Shown here one piece after another: positions 11,912 to 22,516 of a DNA stretch of 64,000 nt; the first letter of the stretch is position 1, and each line of letters opens with the position of its first letter. The notes beneath the pieces were generated by a model that had not been told where the DNA came from, did not search any database, and saw nothing but the letters and a program-made list of their open reading frames with translations. A program made the position numbers and the translations under genes. The DNA is taken from contig CAWDDT010000013.1 of assembly GCA_963801165.1 (NCBI GenBank), positions 32,001-96,000 on the forward strand. The letters run 5' to 3'. The stretch is from an uncultured bacterium. Its GTDB lineage: Bacteria > Actinomycetota > Acidimicrobiia > Spongiisociales > UBA5794.

Positions 11912-12658
11912 TCACGTCGCCAAGCTGCCAATCGCTTCGACTACAGCCGCTTCCCCATCATCCGGGGGCGGTGAGGATCGGTCGATCATTCGCCGCAGCG
12001 ACGCCTCAGTGGTCGCGACGTGCATGAGAGCAGCTGCCTCCCCCAGTGAGGGATCCCGCTCCCGGAGAGCACGCAGGATCTCTGAATGCTGGGCGATGGT
12101 CTGTGCCCTGGCACTGTCATCGAGAGTGCCCCGCCAGATACGGTAACGGGTGGTCCTCACCGAGACGCCCGCCAACATGGAAGCAAGGGTCGCGTTTCCC
12201 GAGGCCGTCGCAACCGCGGCGTGGAAGTCGGTGTCTATCTGCACGAGCGCCTCCTGGTTTTCCGCTGTGCGCATCCGACTCAGGAGCGTCTCGAGCTCGG
12301 CCAAGGATTCCTCGTCGATGTTCTGCGCAGCCAGCGCGGTGGCGGCCGGCTCGAGAATACGACGAACCTGAACGAACTCGAGCGAGAAATCGTCTGCCAT
12401 GAGCTCGGCCGCAGCGCCGATGCCCTCCAGAAGCTGCTCGGGACGAAGGCTGGTCACATAGGTGCCGTCGCCACGTCGCACGTCGAGCACGCGTGCGGTC
12501 ACGAGCCCCCGTACCGCCTCACGAACCGTGTTCCGGGAGGCGCCCAACTCAGTCGCCAGATCCCCCTCCGAAGGCAGCTTCGAGCCGGGAAGGAGCCGGC
12601 CACTGGCAATCATCTCGCGGATCCGGCGGATGGCTGTTTCTGTGAGCGGTGCCGACAT
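11912..12658 (-). CDS. GntR/FadR family regulator
   Basis: LPSEGDLATELGASRNTVREAV wHTH, FCD C-domain (DTDFH..SGN). Confidence 0.92.
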   Translation of the reverse strand: MSAPLTETAIRRIREMIASGRLLPGSKLPSEGDLATELGASRNTVREAVRGLVTARVLDVRRGDGTYVTSLRPEQLLEGIGAAAELMADDFSLEFVQVRRILEPAATALAAQNIDEESLAELETLLSRMRTAENQEALVQIDTDFHAAVATASGNATLASMLAGVSVRTTRYRIWRGTLDDSARAQTIAQHSEILRALRERDPSLGEAAALMHVATTEASLRRMIDRSSPPPDDGEAAVVEAIGSLAT

Positions 12659-12678
12659 GCTTCCTCAAATACGGCTAG

Positions 12679-12689
12679 ACATCCGATGT
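12679..12689. promoter_or_regulatory. Probable GntR/FadR operator
   Basis: Palindrome acatc-c-gatgt between the regulator and the divergent ABC operon. Confidence 0.55.
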
Positions 12690-12779
12690 TTGAGGTCCTA
12701 CAGTACCAGATCGCGGGACTATTGAGACACTATTGGGTGGAGACACCCGATCACTCGCCGTCGGAGGGAGGGCGACAAA

Positions 12780-13877
12780 GTGAGCAGGCGCGGCACCAGC
12801 GCGCAGGAAACCGACCGGTCGGGCCGGTCGTCCTCGCAACACGAGAACGACGAAATCAACGGGGCGGAATATCCGGTCGAGCACCAGCCACGCCGTGATC
12901 GGACCCTCCGTATAGCGCTGCTCTTGCTCCGAGCCGGCCCACTGCTCATCCTGCTCATCCTCATCGTCGTGATCGCGATGGTGACGCCCGTGTTTCTCAC
13001 CACGCGCAACATCGGCAACGTCCTCGCTCAAACCGCCGTCATTTCGGTCCTCGCCGTAGGCCAACTCCTGGTCATCATCACGCGGGGTATCGACCTATCG
13101 GTCGGATCAACGCTGGCACTCTCCAGCGTGGCCGGCGCCCTGGTCTTCCGGGCGCAAGGTCCCGTAGTAGCCGTAGTCGCGGCCATGCTCGGCGCAGGAC
13201 TCGCCGTCGGCCTGTTCAACGGTGTTCTGTACGTCAAGGGCAGGATCCCTCACCCCTTCATCGTCACTCTGGCATCACTGACAATCGCCCGCGGAATAGC
13301 GCTGTGGCTCTCAGACGGACGCCCCATTCAGGGGATGCCGGACTTCGTGAGGGTGGTCGGGGGTCACTCCGTCCTGGGATGGCTCCCGATCTCGTCATTC
13401 ATCGTCGCCGGGGTCGCCATCGCCGTCTGGCTCCTGCTGACCCGGGTGGTGTGGGGAAGCTGGATCTACGCCGTCGGCGGCAACCCGGAAGCCGCACGGC
13501 GCACTGCCATCCCGAGCTCGGCTGTATTGATCTCGGTGTACGTATTCAGCGGTCTGACCGCCGGCATCGCCGGGTTCCTCACCGCGGGCCGTACCAACGC
13601 CGGCGCTCCCACCTTCGGCAACCTGGCCGAGCTCGACGCCATCGCCGCGGTCATCATCGGCGGCGCCAGCTTCCTCGGTGGTCGGGGAAGGGTGAGTCAC
13701 GCCCTCATCGGAGCGATGATGATCGGTGTGATCCGAAACGCCATGAACCTCGCCAACCTGGAGTCTTTCTTCCAGCTCATCGTCGTGGGAGTGGTCATCC
13801 TCATCGCCGTCGAATCCGACGTGTTGCGCGGGCACCTCGAGGACAAAGTGCGTGTCATCCAGGCGGCAAGAACATGA
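12780..13877 (+). CDS. Monosaccharide ABC transporter permease (RbsC-like)
   Basis: GIDLSVGS, YAVGGNPEAAR, ELDAIAAVIIGGAS. Confidence 0.92.
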   Translation: MSRRGTSAQETDRSGRSSSQHENDEINGAEYPVEHQPRRDRTLRIALLLLRAGPLLILLILIVVIAMVTPVFLTTRNIGNVLAQTAVISVLAVGQLLVIITRGIDLSVGSTLALSSVAGALVFRAQGPVVAVVAAMLGAGLAVGLFNGVLYVKGRIPHPFIVTLASLTIARGIALWLSDGRPIQGMPDFVRVVGGHSVLGWLPISSFIVAGVAIAVWLLLTRVVWGSWIYAVGGNPEAARRTAIPSSAVLISVYVFSGLTAGIAGFLTAGRTNAGAPTFGNLAELDAIAAVIIGGASFLGGRGRVSHALIGAMMIGVIRNAMNLANLESFFQLIVVGVVILIAVESDVLRGHLEDKVRVIQAART

Positions 13878-14638
13878 GTGCGCCCGACGGCGCCCCCGTG
13901 CTCGCAGTGCGGCAAGGCACCAAGCGGTTCGGCGGCGTGCTCGCACTCGACAACGTCGACATCAACGTCTACCTCGGTCAGGTCCTGGCCATCCTCGGCG
14001 ACAACGGCGCCGGGAAGTCCACGCTGATCAAATGCATGAGCGGTGTGCATCGGCTGGACGGCGGGCTCATCGAGGTTGATACGGATCCGGTGCATATGCA
14101 CACACCTGCGGATGCGAGAGCGCTCGGCATCGAAACGGTATATCAGGACCTCGCTCTCTTCGACAACCTGAGCCCCGCCGCCAATTTCTACGCCGGACGA
14201 GAGATGGCGGGGCCTAGCTGGCTACCGGCGGGAATGCGGCTGCTCCACCGCCGTCGCATGGCGCAGGCCACCCGAGAGGTCCTGGATCGGCTCCAGGTGA
14301 CACTGCCCGACCTGGAGGCTCCGGTCGGCCTGATGTCCGGCGGCCAACGGCAAGCCGTAGCTGTGGCGCGGGCGACCGCCTTTGCATCGCGCGTCGTCAT
14401 ACTCGACGAGCCGACGGCGGCTCTCGGGTTGAGGGAGGCGCGCCGGGTCCTCGACCTCATTCATCGGCTACGGGAAAACGGAAAAGCGGTGGTGGTCATC
14501 TCCCACGCTATGGATCACGTCATCGAGGTCGCGGACAGAGCAGTAGTCATGCGCCGCGGCCGCATAGTGGGCGAACTCGTCCCTACGGAGGATTCCCGGC
14601 CCGAGATCGTCTCTCTGATCGTGGGAGGTGATGGATGA
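13874..14638 (+). CDS. Monosaccharide ABC transporter ATP-binding protein
   Basis: GDNGAGKST, MSGGQRQ, ILDEPTAALG; ATGA overlap. Confidence 0.92.
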   Translation: MSAPDGAPVLAVRQGTKRFGGVLALDNVDINVYLGQVLAILGDNGAGKSTLIKCMSGVHRLDGGLIEVDTDPVHMHTPADARALGIETVYQDLALFDNLSPAANFYAGREMAGPSWLPAGMRLLHRRRMAQATREVLDRLQVTLPDLEAPVGLMSGGQRQAVAVARATAFASRVVILDEPTAALGLREARRVLDLIHRLRENGKAVVVISHAMDHVIEVADRAVVMRRGRIVGELVPTEDSRPEIVSLIVGGDG

Positions 14639-14719
14639 GGAGATGACGGACGATGAAGTCCGCCGGCGACGACCGGCGAGCGGAGACAACGAACCGTGTG
14701 AGAGACAGAGGAGTAAGGA

Positions 14720-15721
14720 ATGAAACTGAAACGAGCACGCTGGGTCCTTGCCGGCGTGGCAATTGCGATGCTTGTCGCCGCCTGCGGCGACTCGGGAAGC
14801 TCGGGCGATACTTCGACAGCCGCCCCGAGCACCACGGCTACTACCGCGGCTCCCGATGCGACCGCCGCAGGCGGCACGTACAAGCTGGGACTGATCACCA
14901 AGTTCCCCGTCGACTTCTACTTCACGATCGAAGATGCGGCGAAAGCATGGGCGGACCAGCACCCGGATGTCGAGCTTATCACCGGCATGGGTGAGTCGGC
15001 TTCGGATGACGAGGGCGTCATCGCTCTGATCGAGTCGATGGTGGCCCAGGGTGTCGACGGGATTGCCGTCACGCCGACCGGAGAGGCCGTGATCCCGGCG
15101 CTAGACGCCGCCGTAGCGGCCGGCGTGAAGATCATCCTCGTCGACAACGACCTACCTGATTGGAACGGCAAGACGGCAGTGGTTGCCACCAACAACCACG
15201 ACGGCGGAGTACTCGCCGGCCAATGGCTGGCAGAGCAACTACCCGCCGGATCGACCTTGGGGGTTCTCGAAGGTCGGGCCGGTGTTCCGGCTCTCGACGC
15301 TCGCGTCGATGGAATGATCGAAGGGCTCGGCGACGCCGATATCACGATCGTTTCGCAGACGCCGACGGACTGCGACCAGGTCAAGGGTGTCAGCGCAGCC
15401 GAGGATCTCCTCACCGCCCACCCCGACGTGACTGCCATCTACGGTGCGTGTGGTCCCCCGATCCTCGGGGCCCTCGAGGCTATCGACAACGCCGGGATCG
15501 CTCCCGATGACATCGTCGTCGTTGGCTTCGACGCCTTGCCCGATGAAGTCGCCGCGATCGCGGCCGGCACCGAGGATGCGTCGGTTGCACAATTCCCACC
15601 CAAGATGGGTGAACTCGGAATGGACACGCTTTACCGCGCAGTGCAGGGCGAAACCGTCGAGCCCGACGTCGACACGGGTACAGCCGTGGTAACTGCCGAC
15701 AACGTCGGCGACTTCTCGTAG
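14720..15721 (+). CDS. Sugar ABC substrate-binding lipoprotein (RbsB-like)
   Basis: Lipobox VAAC, Thr/Ala linker, Peripla_BP motifs (VVVGFD, SVAQFP). Confidence 0.9.
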   Translation: MKLKRARWVLAGVAIAMLVAACGDSGSSGDTSTAAPSTTATTAAPDATAAGGTYKLGLITKFPVDFYFTIEDAAKAWADQHPDVELITGMGESASDDEGVIALIESMVAQGVDGIAVTPTGEAVIPALDAAVAAGVKIILVDNDLPDWNGKTAVVATNNHDGGVLAGQWLAEQLPAGSTLGVLEGRAGVPALDARVDGMIEGLGDADITIVSQTPTDCDQVKGVSAAEDLLTAHPDVTAIYGACGPPILGALEAIDNAGIAPDDIVVVGFDALPDEVAAIAAGTEDASVAQFPPKMGELGMDTLYRAVQGETVEPDVDTGTAVVTADNVGDFS

Positions 15722-15795
15722 ACGCCGATCGAGGACGTGTTGGACCGTGACGCGATTGGTGCCGGTCCAGCACGCCTCGCGGCGATGGAGTTCTG

Positions 15796-17112
15796 ATGAG
15801 AATCACTGATCTCACCGCGGTCGACATTCGGTTCCCAACTTCGCGTTGGCTCGACGGTTCCGATGCCATGAACCGTGCCCCCGACTACTCGGCCGCTTAT
15901 GTCATCCTGGAGACCGACCAGTCGGGTTTGAGCGGTCACGGGATGACCTTCACAACCGGGCGCGGCAACGAGCTGTGCGTGGCCGCCATCAAGGCACTCG
16001 CGCCACTGGTGGTCGGCCGCGATCTCGATGCGATTGCCAAAGACCTGGGCGCGTTCTGGATGTCGCTCGTCGACGACGGCCAGCTGCGTTGGGTCGGGCC
16101 GGAAAAGGGAGTGGTCCACCTCGGTACGGCAGCCGTGGTCAATGCGGTTTGGGACCTATATGCCAAAGCCGAACACAAGCCACTCTGGAAATTGCTCGCC
16201 GACATGTCGCCCGAGGAGCTGATCCGGTGCATTCCGTTTCGCTACATCAGCGACGCCCTCACCCCCGACGAGGCCTTCGCCATACTCGAGCGCGGGCTTC
16301 AGGGACGCGAAGAGCGGATGGAGGCCATGCTGTCGAGCGGCTACCCGGCATATACGACCTCGGTCGGTTGGATCGGCTATGAAGACGAGAAGGTGCGGGC
16401 CCTTGCTGCTCAGGCCATCGCCCGGGGTTGGCGACATTTCAAACTGAAGGTCGGCCGTGATCTCGAGGAGGACTCCCGGAGAGCGGCACTGCTGAGGAAC
16501 GTCATCGGGCCCGACCGTGCGCTCATGCTCGACGCCAACCAGGTGTGGGACGTCGACGAGGCCATCGAGTGGACGGGTGAGCTTGCCTCGTTCGAGCCGC
16601 TGTGGATCGAAGAGCCCACCAGTCCCGATGACATCCTCGGCCATGCCCGCATTGCTCGCGCCATGGAGCCGCTGGGAATCGGCGTCGCCACAGGGGAGCA
16701 CTGTCACAACCGGGTGATGTTCAAGCAGCTCTTTCAGGCCGACGCCGTGCGGTTCGCGCAGATCGACCCCTGTCGCCTCGGCGGTATCAACGAGGCTCTC
16801 GCCGTCCAGCTGATGGCCGCCAAGTTCGGGGTCGCGGTGTGTCCACACGCCGGCGGCGTCGGGCTCTGTGAGTACGTTCAACACCTTGCCATATTCGACT
16901 ACCTGGCGGTGAGCGCGACTCTCGAAGGTCGCGTGGTCGAGTATGTCGACCACCTTCACGAGCACTTCGCAGATCCGGCGGTCGTGAGAAACGGGCACTA
17001 CCTGGCACCGATGGCGGCAGGTACCAGCATCACGATGCATCCGGCAACGATCCAGGCGTTTGCGTATCCTATGGGCCGCGAGTGGTCGGCAGCGGTGGTG
17101 GAAGGCGGCTGA
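15796..17112 (+). CDS. fucD: L-fuconate dehydratase-like enolase-superfamily enzyme (FucD/ENOSF1)
   Basis: DIRFPTS..GSDAMN.PDYS, LRWVGPEKGVVH, KLKVG, DANQ, EEPTSPDD, PHAGGVGLCE, EYVDHLHEHF. Confidence 0.88.
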   Translation: MRITDLTAVDIRFPTSRWLDGSDAMNRAPDYSAAYVILETDQSGLSGHGMTFTTGRGNELCVAAIKALAPLVVGRDLDAIAKDLGAFWMSLVDDGQLRWVGPEKGVVHLGTAAVVNAVWDLYAKAEHKPLWKLLADMSPEELIRCIPFRYISDALTPDEAFAILERGLQGREERMEAMLSSGYPAYTTSVGWIGYEDEKVRALAAQAIARGWRHFKLKVGRDLEEDSRRAALLRNVIGPDRALMLDANQVWDVDEAIEWTGELASFEPLWIEEPTSPDDILGHARIARAMEPLGIGVATGEHCHNRVMFKQLFQADAVRFAQIDPCRLGGINEALAVQLMAAKFGVAVCPHAGGVGLCEYVQHLAIFDYLAVSATLEGRVVEYVDHLHEHFADPAVVRNGHYLAPMAAGTSITMHPATIQAFAYPMGREWSAAVVEGG

Positions 17113-17189
17113 GATGGCGATTGCGTCGGTGCGGCCTTCGTCACCGGCGGCCGGGCATGGAACAGAGCAAGAGATCACAGGGTGAAACC

Positions 17190-18041
17190 ATGACTACTCC
17201 CATCATCGACGCCCACCACCACTTCTGGGATCCCGACACTGCCGACTATCCCTGGATGACCGGTGCGTACGAGCCGCTGCGCCGAGCGTACGGGCCGTCC
17301 GAGCTCGCACCGCTCCTAGAGGGGACCGGAGTCACGGGCACCATCGTTGTACAGGCCAGACAGGAGGTCGCGGAGACTGATTCGCTGCTGGCAGCGACGG
17401 CCGACAATGCGTGGGTCATTGGAGTCGTCGGCTGGGTCGATCTCACCAGTCGCGACGTCGCAGAGACCATTGCCGCGATCCGGGAGGGGCCCAACGGCGA
17501 CCGGCTCGTCGGGATTCGCCACCTGGTTCACGATGAGCCTGACCCGCAATGGCTGCTTCGCGACGATGTTCAACGCGGGCTTGCCGCCGTCGCCGAGGCA
17601 GGACTCGTGTATGACCTGCTGGTGAGGACCCGTGAGCTGCCCGCCGCAACGGAGGTCGCCCGCCGCCTGCCCAACCTCCGGTTTGCTCTCAACCACATCG
17701 CCAAGCCGCTGATTGCATCACAACAGATCGAGCCATGGGACACGGCGATCGGGCGAATCGCCGAGCTGGACAACGTCGCCTGCAAGGTCTCCGGCATGGT
17801 GACCGAAGCCGACTGGTCGTCATGGAGCTCTGCCGATCTGGAACCGTATGTCGAAATCGTTGTCGATCTGTTCGGGCCCGGGCGACTCATGTTCGGATCC
17901 GATTGGCCGGTGTGCACGCTGGCGGCGAGCTACTCGGAAGTGTTCGAGGCCACGGTGCAGATCCTGTCCAAGCAGGTGGGGGCCGACCTGGACTGGGCCC
18001 TGTGGCGATGTGCGGCCGCCACCTACGGCGTCGACGTCTGA
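17190..18041 (+). CDS. Amidohydrolase_2 sugar lactonase (L-fucono/L-galactono-lactonase-like, COG3618)
   Basis: IIDAHHHFW, HIAKP, KVSGMVTEA, MFGSDWPV. Confidence 0.85.
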   Translation: MTTPIIDAHHHFWDPDTADYPWMTGAYEPLRRAYGPSELAPLLEGTGVTGTIVVQARQEVAETDSLLAATADNAWVIGVVGWVDLTSRDVAETIAAIREGPNGDRLVGIRHLVHDEPDPQWLLRDDVQRGLAAVAEAGLVYDLLVRTRELPAATEVARRLPNLRFALNHIAKPLIASQQIEPWDTAIGRIAELDNVACKVSGMVTEADWSSWSSADLEPYVEIVVDLFGPGRLMFGSDWPVCTLAASYSEVFEATVQILSKQVGADLDWALWRCAAATYGVDV

Positions 18042-18081
18042 AAATTACTCAGATACGTGCGGCGGCACGGCACCGGTCTGC

Positions 18082-19179
18082 TCAACGCAATGCCCGGGCC
18101 CCGTGAGCCGTAACCGCCCTGAGCACTTCCGAGCTGGTCACCATCGAGGTATCCCCGGGAGTCGTCATCGTCAGCGCCCCATGTGCGGCCCCGATCTCCA
18201 CTGCCTCATCAGGCGAGCGGCCACCGAGGAGGGCCCAGATCATGCCGCTGGCGAATCCATCCCCGCCACCGATCCGGTCGAAGATCTGGAGGTCGGAGCG
18301 CAGCCGCGACTCGTGGAACACACCCTCGGTGTACAGGATTGCGCCCCAGTCGTTGAAGCCTGCGGACTTGGCATTGCGGAGAGTTGTAGCGACCACCTCG
18401 AGATTGGGGAAGGCCTCCAAGACCGCTCCCATCATTGCCTTGAACGCCGCAGGATCGAGTTTCGTGATCTCATGATCGAGGTTGACGACTTCGAATCCGA
18501 GTGCCGCCGTGAAATCCTCCTCGTTCCCGATCATCACGTCGACGTACGGTGCCAGGGAGCGGTTCACCTCCACCGCACGTGTCTTGCCCCCTCTCGGTTT
18601 CCACAACGACGGCCGGTAGTTGAGGTCATAGGAGACGACGGCGCCGGCGCGCCGCGCCGCTCGCATCGCCTCGCCGGCCACTTCCGCGGTCGTGTCCGAC
18701 AATCCAGCGAAGATGCCGCCCGTATGGAACCAGCGCACACCCTCCGTGCCGAAGATCACATCCCAGTCGATGTCACCCGGCCTCAGTTGGGACACTGCGG
18801 TGTTGGCTCGATCGGAGACCCCGAGGGCCGGGCGGATGCCAAATCCCTTCTCCACAAAGTTGAGCCCCGTCCGCGATTCCAGGCCGATGCCGTCGTGGGG
18901 TACCCATTTGACGTGTCGAAGATCGACCCCACCGGTCATGATGAGGTCCTCTACGAGGTGGCCAATGTCGCTATCGACCAGGGCTGTGACAATGGCCGAA
19001 CGAAGGCCGAAGACCTTCCGCAAAGCACGGGCGACGTTGTACTCCCCGCCGCCCTCATTCACTCGGAAACGCCTGGTTGTCCTGATGCGATCCCATTCCG
19101 GATCGAAGCGGAGCATGACTTCACCGAGGACAACACAGTCCCAGCGGGTCTCGGCTACAGACGGAATTCGCAAAGCCAC
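18082..19179 (-). CDS. kdgK: 2-dehydro-3-deoxygluconokinase (PfkB family)
   Basis: LGEVMLR, GGGEYNVA, YDLNYR, DRIGGGDGF. Confidence 0.85.
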   Translation of the reverse strand: MALRIPSVAETRWDCVVLGEVMLRFDPEWDRIRTTRRFRVNEGGGEYNVARALRKVFGLRSAIVTALVDSDIGHLVEDLIMTGGVDLRHVKWVPHDGIGLESRTGLNFVEKGFGIRPALGVSDRANTAVSQLRPGDIDWDVIFGTEGVRWFHTGGIFAGLSDTTAEVAGEAMRAARRAGAVVSYDLNYRPSLWKPRGGKTRAVEVNRSLAPYVDVMIGNEEDFTAALGFEVVNLDHEITKLDPAAFKAMMGAVLEAFPNLEVVATTLRNAKSAGFNDWGAILYTEGVFHESRLRSDLQIFDRIGGGDGFASGMIWALLGGRSPDEAVEIGAAHGALTMTTPGDTSMVTSSEVLRAVTAHGARALR

Positions 19180-19181
19180 AG

Positions 19182-19853
19182 TTACCTCCTCGCCTCAACA
19201 ACGGCGGCCACGGTCGAACCGATGAGGGCGCGGAGACCGTCGAAATCCCGCTCCTCGATGATCCGCTTCGGGAACAGCTTCGACCCCATCCCCACTGCCG
19301 GGGCGCCGGCCCGGTACCACGATCGCAGCGAATCCACCGTCGGCTCCACTCCACCGGTCGGAATCGCCCTAACCCAGGGGCACGGAGCCCGCACCGCACT
19401 GAGAAAGCCCGGCCCTCCCAGCGAACCCGCCGGGAACAGCTTCACCAGATCACATCCCGCCTGGTAGGCGGTCAGGATCTCGGTCACGGTCCCGCAACCG
19501 GGGACATAGGGAACGTTGCGAAGGTTGCACGCTTTGGCCACATCGGCGGAGAAGCCCGGAGCGAACACGAAGCTCGCGCCGATGTCGATCACGTGCGCTG
19601 CCGTCGCACCGTCGACGATCGAGCCGGCACCGACGATGAGCTCCGGCAGGTGGCGACGTGCGTACCCGATCAGGCTCTCCATGACGTCGATAGCTCCATC
19701 GCCGCGGTTGGTGAATTCGAGCGTGCTGATTCCGCCGGCCACCAGCTCGGCCGCCACCCCGGTCACGAGGTCCAGATCCGCGTTGTAGAACACGGGGACG
19801 ACGCCCTCGTCCGCGACGGTCAGCAGGACATCGGCTTTGCTACGAGCGGCCAC
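19182..19853 (-). CDS. eda: KDPG/KHG aldolase
   Basis: LEFTNR, GAGSI, PGCGTVTE, KLFPA, PTGGV. Confidence 0.88.
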   Translation of the reverse strand: MAARSKADVLLTVADEGVVPVFYNADLDLVTGVAAELVAGGISTLEFTNRGDGAIDVMESLIGYARRHLPELIVGAGSIVDGATAAHVIDIGASFVFAPGFSADVAKACNLRNVPYVPGCGTVTEILTAYQAGCDLVKLFPAGSLGGPGFLSAVRAPCPWVRAIPTGGVEPTVDSLRSWYRAGAPAVGMGSKLFPKRIIEERDFDGLRALIGSTVAAVVEARR

Positions 19854-19917
19854 GTCGCCTCCTTCTCCCTATCATTCATAACAACATGCTGCGAGAATCA
19901 CAGTATACTGTCGCACT

Positions 19918-20940
19918 ATGACCTTTCTAGCGATCGATTACCACGGCGGAGGTGTCCTGCGCCAGCGGCGATATACGCCTCTCGACCCGGGTCCCGACGA
20001 GGTGACCATCGCCGTTGCCTTCACCGGGATCTGCGGCACCGACCTCAAGATCGTTCATGGCGCCATGGACCACCGCTTCACCTCCCCGTGGCCTTTCGGC
20101 CACGAGATGTCGGGAACGATCGAGGCGGTCGGCAACGATGTCGCCGGATGGCAGCGAGGCGACCAGGTCACAGTCATGCCTCTCGAATGGTGCAACGGCT
20201 GCCCGGCCTGTGCCCGAGGACACAATCACGTCTGCCAGAACCTCGTCTTCGTGGGCATCGACTCGCCCGGCTCATTGCAGCAACGCTGGACCGTGCCGGC
20301 GCGACTCCTGGTCCGCGTTCCCGACCACGTCAGCCTGCAAACGGCAGCTCTCTCCGAGCCCGCCGCGGTGGCGGTCCACGACGTCCGCCGTGGTGGAGTG
20401 AAAACCGATGACCAGGTCGTCGTGATAGGCGGCGGGCCAATTGGGCTTCTGATCGGTCTCGTGGCGAGCCACGCCGGTGCCGACGTCCTCGTCTCCGAGC
20501 CCGCAGCGTTCCGGCGGCGTCTCGCCGCCGACCTGGGTCTGCGCACCGTGGACCCGATTGTGGACGACCTCAGCGCTGCGGTGGGCGACTGGTCGAGTGG
20601 AAAAGGCGCCGATGTTGCGTTCGAGGTCTCCGGTTCACAGGCCGGAGTTCGCGCCCTCACGGATGTGCTTGCAGTGAGGGGGCGCGGTGTCGTCGTCGCC
20701 ATCCACACCGAACCCGTCGCTGTGGACCTCATGGCAGCATTCTGGAAGGAACTCGACATCGCAGCGGCCCGGGTGTACCGGCGGGAAGACTTCGAGCAGG
20801 CAGTGGCCCTTCTGGCAGACGGGGTGATCATTGCGGACTCCCTCATCACCGACATCGTGCCCATATCGGAAACAGCCACCGCGATCGACCGGCTCGCTTC
20901 GGGGGAAGAGGTCGTCAAACTCATGATCGATTCGCGATGA
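19918..20940 (+). CDS. Zn-dependent sugar-acid dehydrogenase (MDR family)
   Basis: GICGTD, GHE, CxxCxxC..C structural Zn, GGGPIG. Confidence 0.88.
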   Translation: MTFLAIDYHGGGVLRQRRYTPLDPGPDEVTIAVAFTGICGTDLKIVHGAMDHRFTSPWPFGHEMSGTIEAVGNDVAGWQRGDQVTVMPLEWCNGCPACARGHNHVCQNLVFVGIDSPGSLQQRWTVPARLLVRVPDHVSLQTAALSEPAAVAVHDVRRGGVKTDDQVVVIGGGPIGLLIGLVASHAGADVLVSEPAAFRRRLAADLGLRTVDPIVDDLSAAVGDWSSGKGADVAFEVSGSQAGVRALTDVLAVRGRGVVVAIHTEPVAVDLMAAFWKELDIAAARVYRREDFEQAVALLADGVIIADSLITDIVPISETATAIDRLASGEEVVKLMIDSR

Positions 20941-21689
20941 CGCCCGACGGCCCCGGCACCCCCTCCCCCTCTGTCATCCGGGCCGCATCTGTCCTCGACG
21001 TGATCGCGACACGGTCAGAGACGCACGTCCGCGTCTCCGACATTGCTCGCGAAACCGGCATCCCCCACTCGTCGGTGACCAACATTCTCGCGGCCCTCAT
21101 AGAGACCGGATTGGTTCGACGAATAGGCGCCGGGTACGCCATCGGTCCCACCGTCGTCGAATTGGCCACGACGTTCCTGCGGACCGACGATCCGGTGCAG
21201 CGGTTCCGGGACTTCGCCCCATCACTGGATGCGCTCTCGGCCGAGACGTCTCAGCTGGGAACCCTCGATCGCGGGGACGTCCTCTTCCTCGCCCGCCACG
21301 ATGGAACGCAGCCGATCGCCCTCACCTCGGGCATCGGCAAACGTCTCCCCGCAACCTCAACCGCCATGGGAAAGGCGATGCTCGCCCGCCTCCAGCCCGC
21401 AGAGGTCGGAGCCACCTTCACCGAGCCGCTCGTGCGTCTCACCGAACGGTCCCACAGCACGCTGGCGACACTGCTGGACGACCTGGCCGCGATCCGCGAG
21501 CGCGGCTACGCAATCGATGATGAAGAGGCGGCACCCAACGTCGCATGCCTCGCCGTGGCAGTGGACACCGCCGACGGAGAGTCTCAATACGCAGTCAGCA
21601 CGACGTTGTTCAAGGAACGCCTAACCCCATTGCTCCACGAGCGACTCGTCGCCGACCTGTCTGCTCTCGCATCCTATCTAGCCAAGTAG
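20937..21689 (+). CDS. IclR family regulator
   Basis: N-terminal HTH, TAMGKAML, IRERGYAIDDEE. Confidence 0.9.
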   Translation: MTPDGPGTPSPSVIRAASVLDVIATRSETHVRVSDIARETGIPHSSVTNILAALIETGLVRRIGAGYAIGPTVVELATTFLRTDDPVQRFRDFAPSLDALSAETSQLGTLDRGDVLFLARHDGTQPIALTSGIGKRLPATSTAMGKAMLARLQPAEVGATFTEPLVRLTERSHSTLATLLDDLAAIRERGYAIDDEEAAPNVACLAVAVDTADGESQYAVSTTLFKERLTPLLHERLVADLSALASYLAK

Positions 21690-21700
21690 GAGGACCAACC

Positions 21701-22465
21701 GTGACCCAAGCCATCGACCTCTCCGGGAAGACTGCGCTGGTTACCGGGGCACGCCGTGGCCTGGGCAGGGCCATCGCTGTCGGGCTCGCTACGGCGGGTG
21801 CCGATGTGATCGGGGTGTCGGCAACCCAGGAAACCTCGGGTTCCGAGGTGCAACGACTCGTTGAAGCGGAGGGAAGAGCCTTCGTGGGGCGGGCGTGCGA
21901 TCTCTCGGACAGAGCCGCGCTCTACGACCTTCTGGGCTGGCTCGACGCTGCGGGCTACCAGGTCGACATTCTGGTCAACAACGCGGGCATCATCATCCGT
22001 CACCCTGCAGTCGAGCATACGGATGAGTATTGGGACGAGGTGATGGAGGTCAACCTGAGCGCTCCCTTCATCCTCGCTCGCGAACTGGGGAGAGGGATGG
22101 TCGAACGCCGGTCGGGGAAGATCATCTTCACCGCATCTCTGCTGAGCTTCCAAGGGGGAATCACGGTGCCCGGCTACACGGCGTCGAAGAGCGGGATCGC
22201 CGGGCTGACCCGGGCATTGGCAAACGAGTGGGCCCGCTACAACGTGAACGTGAATGCCATCGCACCGGGGTACATGGACACCGACAACACCGAGGCCCTT
22301 CGTCACGACCCGGACAGGTCGCGGGCGATCCTGGAGAGAATCCCAGCAGGTCGATGGGGCACCGCAGCCGATGTGGCGGGTGCTGCCGTGTTCCTCGCCT
22401 CGGACTATGCCGACTATATCCACGGCGTCGTGCTCACTGTCGACGGCGGGTGGATGGGTCGCTGA
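21701..22465 (+). CDS. kduD: 2-deoxy-D-gluconate 3-dehydrogenase / DKI reductase (SDR)
   Basis: TGARRGLG, NNAGII, ASLLSFQGGITVPGYTASK, TDNTEALR, VDGGWMGR; RBS aggagg before GTG. Confidence 0.85.
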   Translation: MTQAIDLSGKTALVTGARRGLGRAIAVGLATAGADVIGVSATQETSGSEVQRLVEAEGRAFVGRACDLSDRAALYDLLGWLDAAGYQVDILVNNAGIIIRHPAVEHTDEYWDEVMEVNLSAPFILARELGRGMVERRSGKIIFTASLLSFQGGITVPGYTASKSGIAGLTRALANEWARYNVNVNAIAPGYMDTDNTEALRHDPDRSRAILERIPAGRWGTAADVAGAAVFLASDYADYIHGVVLTVDGGWMGR

Positions 22466-22516
22466 CGGCAGCGGCTGCCGCCGCCTCACGAATGGCCACT
22501 GAGGCCCCCGTTATCC

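Noticed and set aside
17848-19467. 539-aa plus-strand ORF
   Set aside because: Antisense to kdgK/eda, no recognisable domain.
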